NCBI RefSeq assembly: GCF_006345805.1
Contig: NC_043020.1
Span: forward strand, 26,164,001-26,228,000
From: Octopus sinensis
Taxonomy: Eukaryota
DNA: 64,000 nt
Direction of reading: 5' to 3'
A program made the translations under genes and the position numbers. Shown in pieces: positions 63,821-64,000 of the stretch (its first letter is position 1; each line of letters opens with the position of its first letter). Below the pieces are notes generated by a model, which made no database searches, was not told where the DNA came from, and was given only the letters and a program-made list of their open reading frames with translations.

Positions 63821-64000
63821 AGTACCTCATTGCCTCCGAAAGCCTAATTTCCCCTTTGACATGCCCAGTGCCTCCTTACAGGTGGTACTGCCCATATTGA
63901 AAAGCTCTGGGTTAAAGTACACTAGAGGTACACGTAACAAGTGTTGTACTACTTTAAAGATTAATGGCCAACCTGCTTTATATAAGAATTGATGGGCATG

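Overview
Eukaryotic, non-genic-looking window almost entirely made of transposable-element debris and simple repeats ((TA)n, (TG)n, (TATC)n, (CAT)n, (GGT)n). The SINE/LINE complement and microsatellite load suggest an octopod cephalopod genome; this is inference from recalled repeat types, not a database match. No host protein-coding gene can be supported, and most ORFs in the track are translations of microsatellites or SINEs. Contents: (i) RTE-clade LINEs (a frameshifted RT-bearing copy at 1-2684, a 5'-truncated copy with an expanded 3' UTR at 33.8-35.8 kb, a BovB-like fragment with a 13-bp TSD); (ii) CR1-group LINE 3' ends; (iii) four tRNA-headed SINE types (labelled A-D here); (iv) mariner, pogo/Tc2-, hAT-, piggyBac- and CACTA-like non-autonomous DNA elements; (v) a Penelope-like GIY-YIG endonuclease fragment. 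The best hidden signal is a dispersed set of type-I hammerhead-ribozyme (HHR) motifs, mostly on the minus strand (8.4, 30.8, 36.3, 38.7, 58.1, 58.5 kb; one on plus at 24.7 kb). Several have different but self-complementary helix-III loops and unusually long helix-II inserts, most sit in (TA)n tracts, and some lie in fold-back structures. Also notable: SINE concatemers with a fixed junction, a full 2x2 head/tail SINE shuffle, and several templated-insertion or snap-back scars, including a perfect 202-bp inverted copy. All structures were folded by eye.
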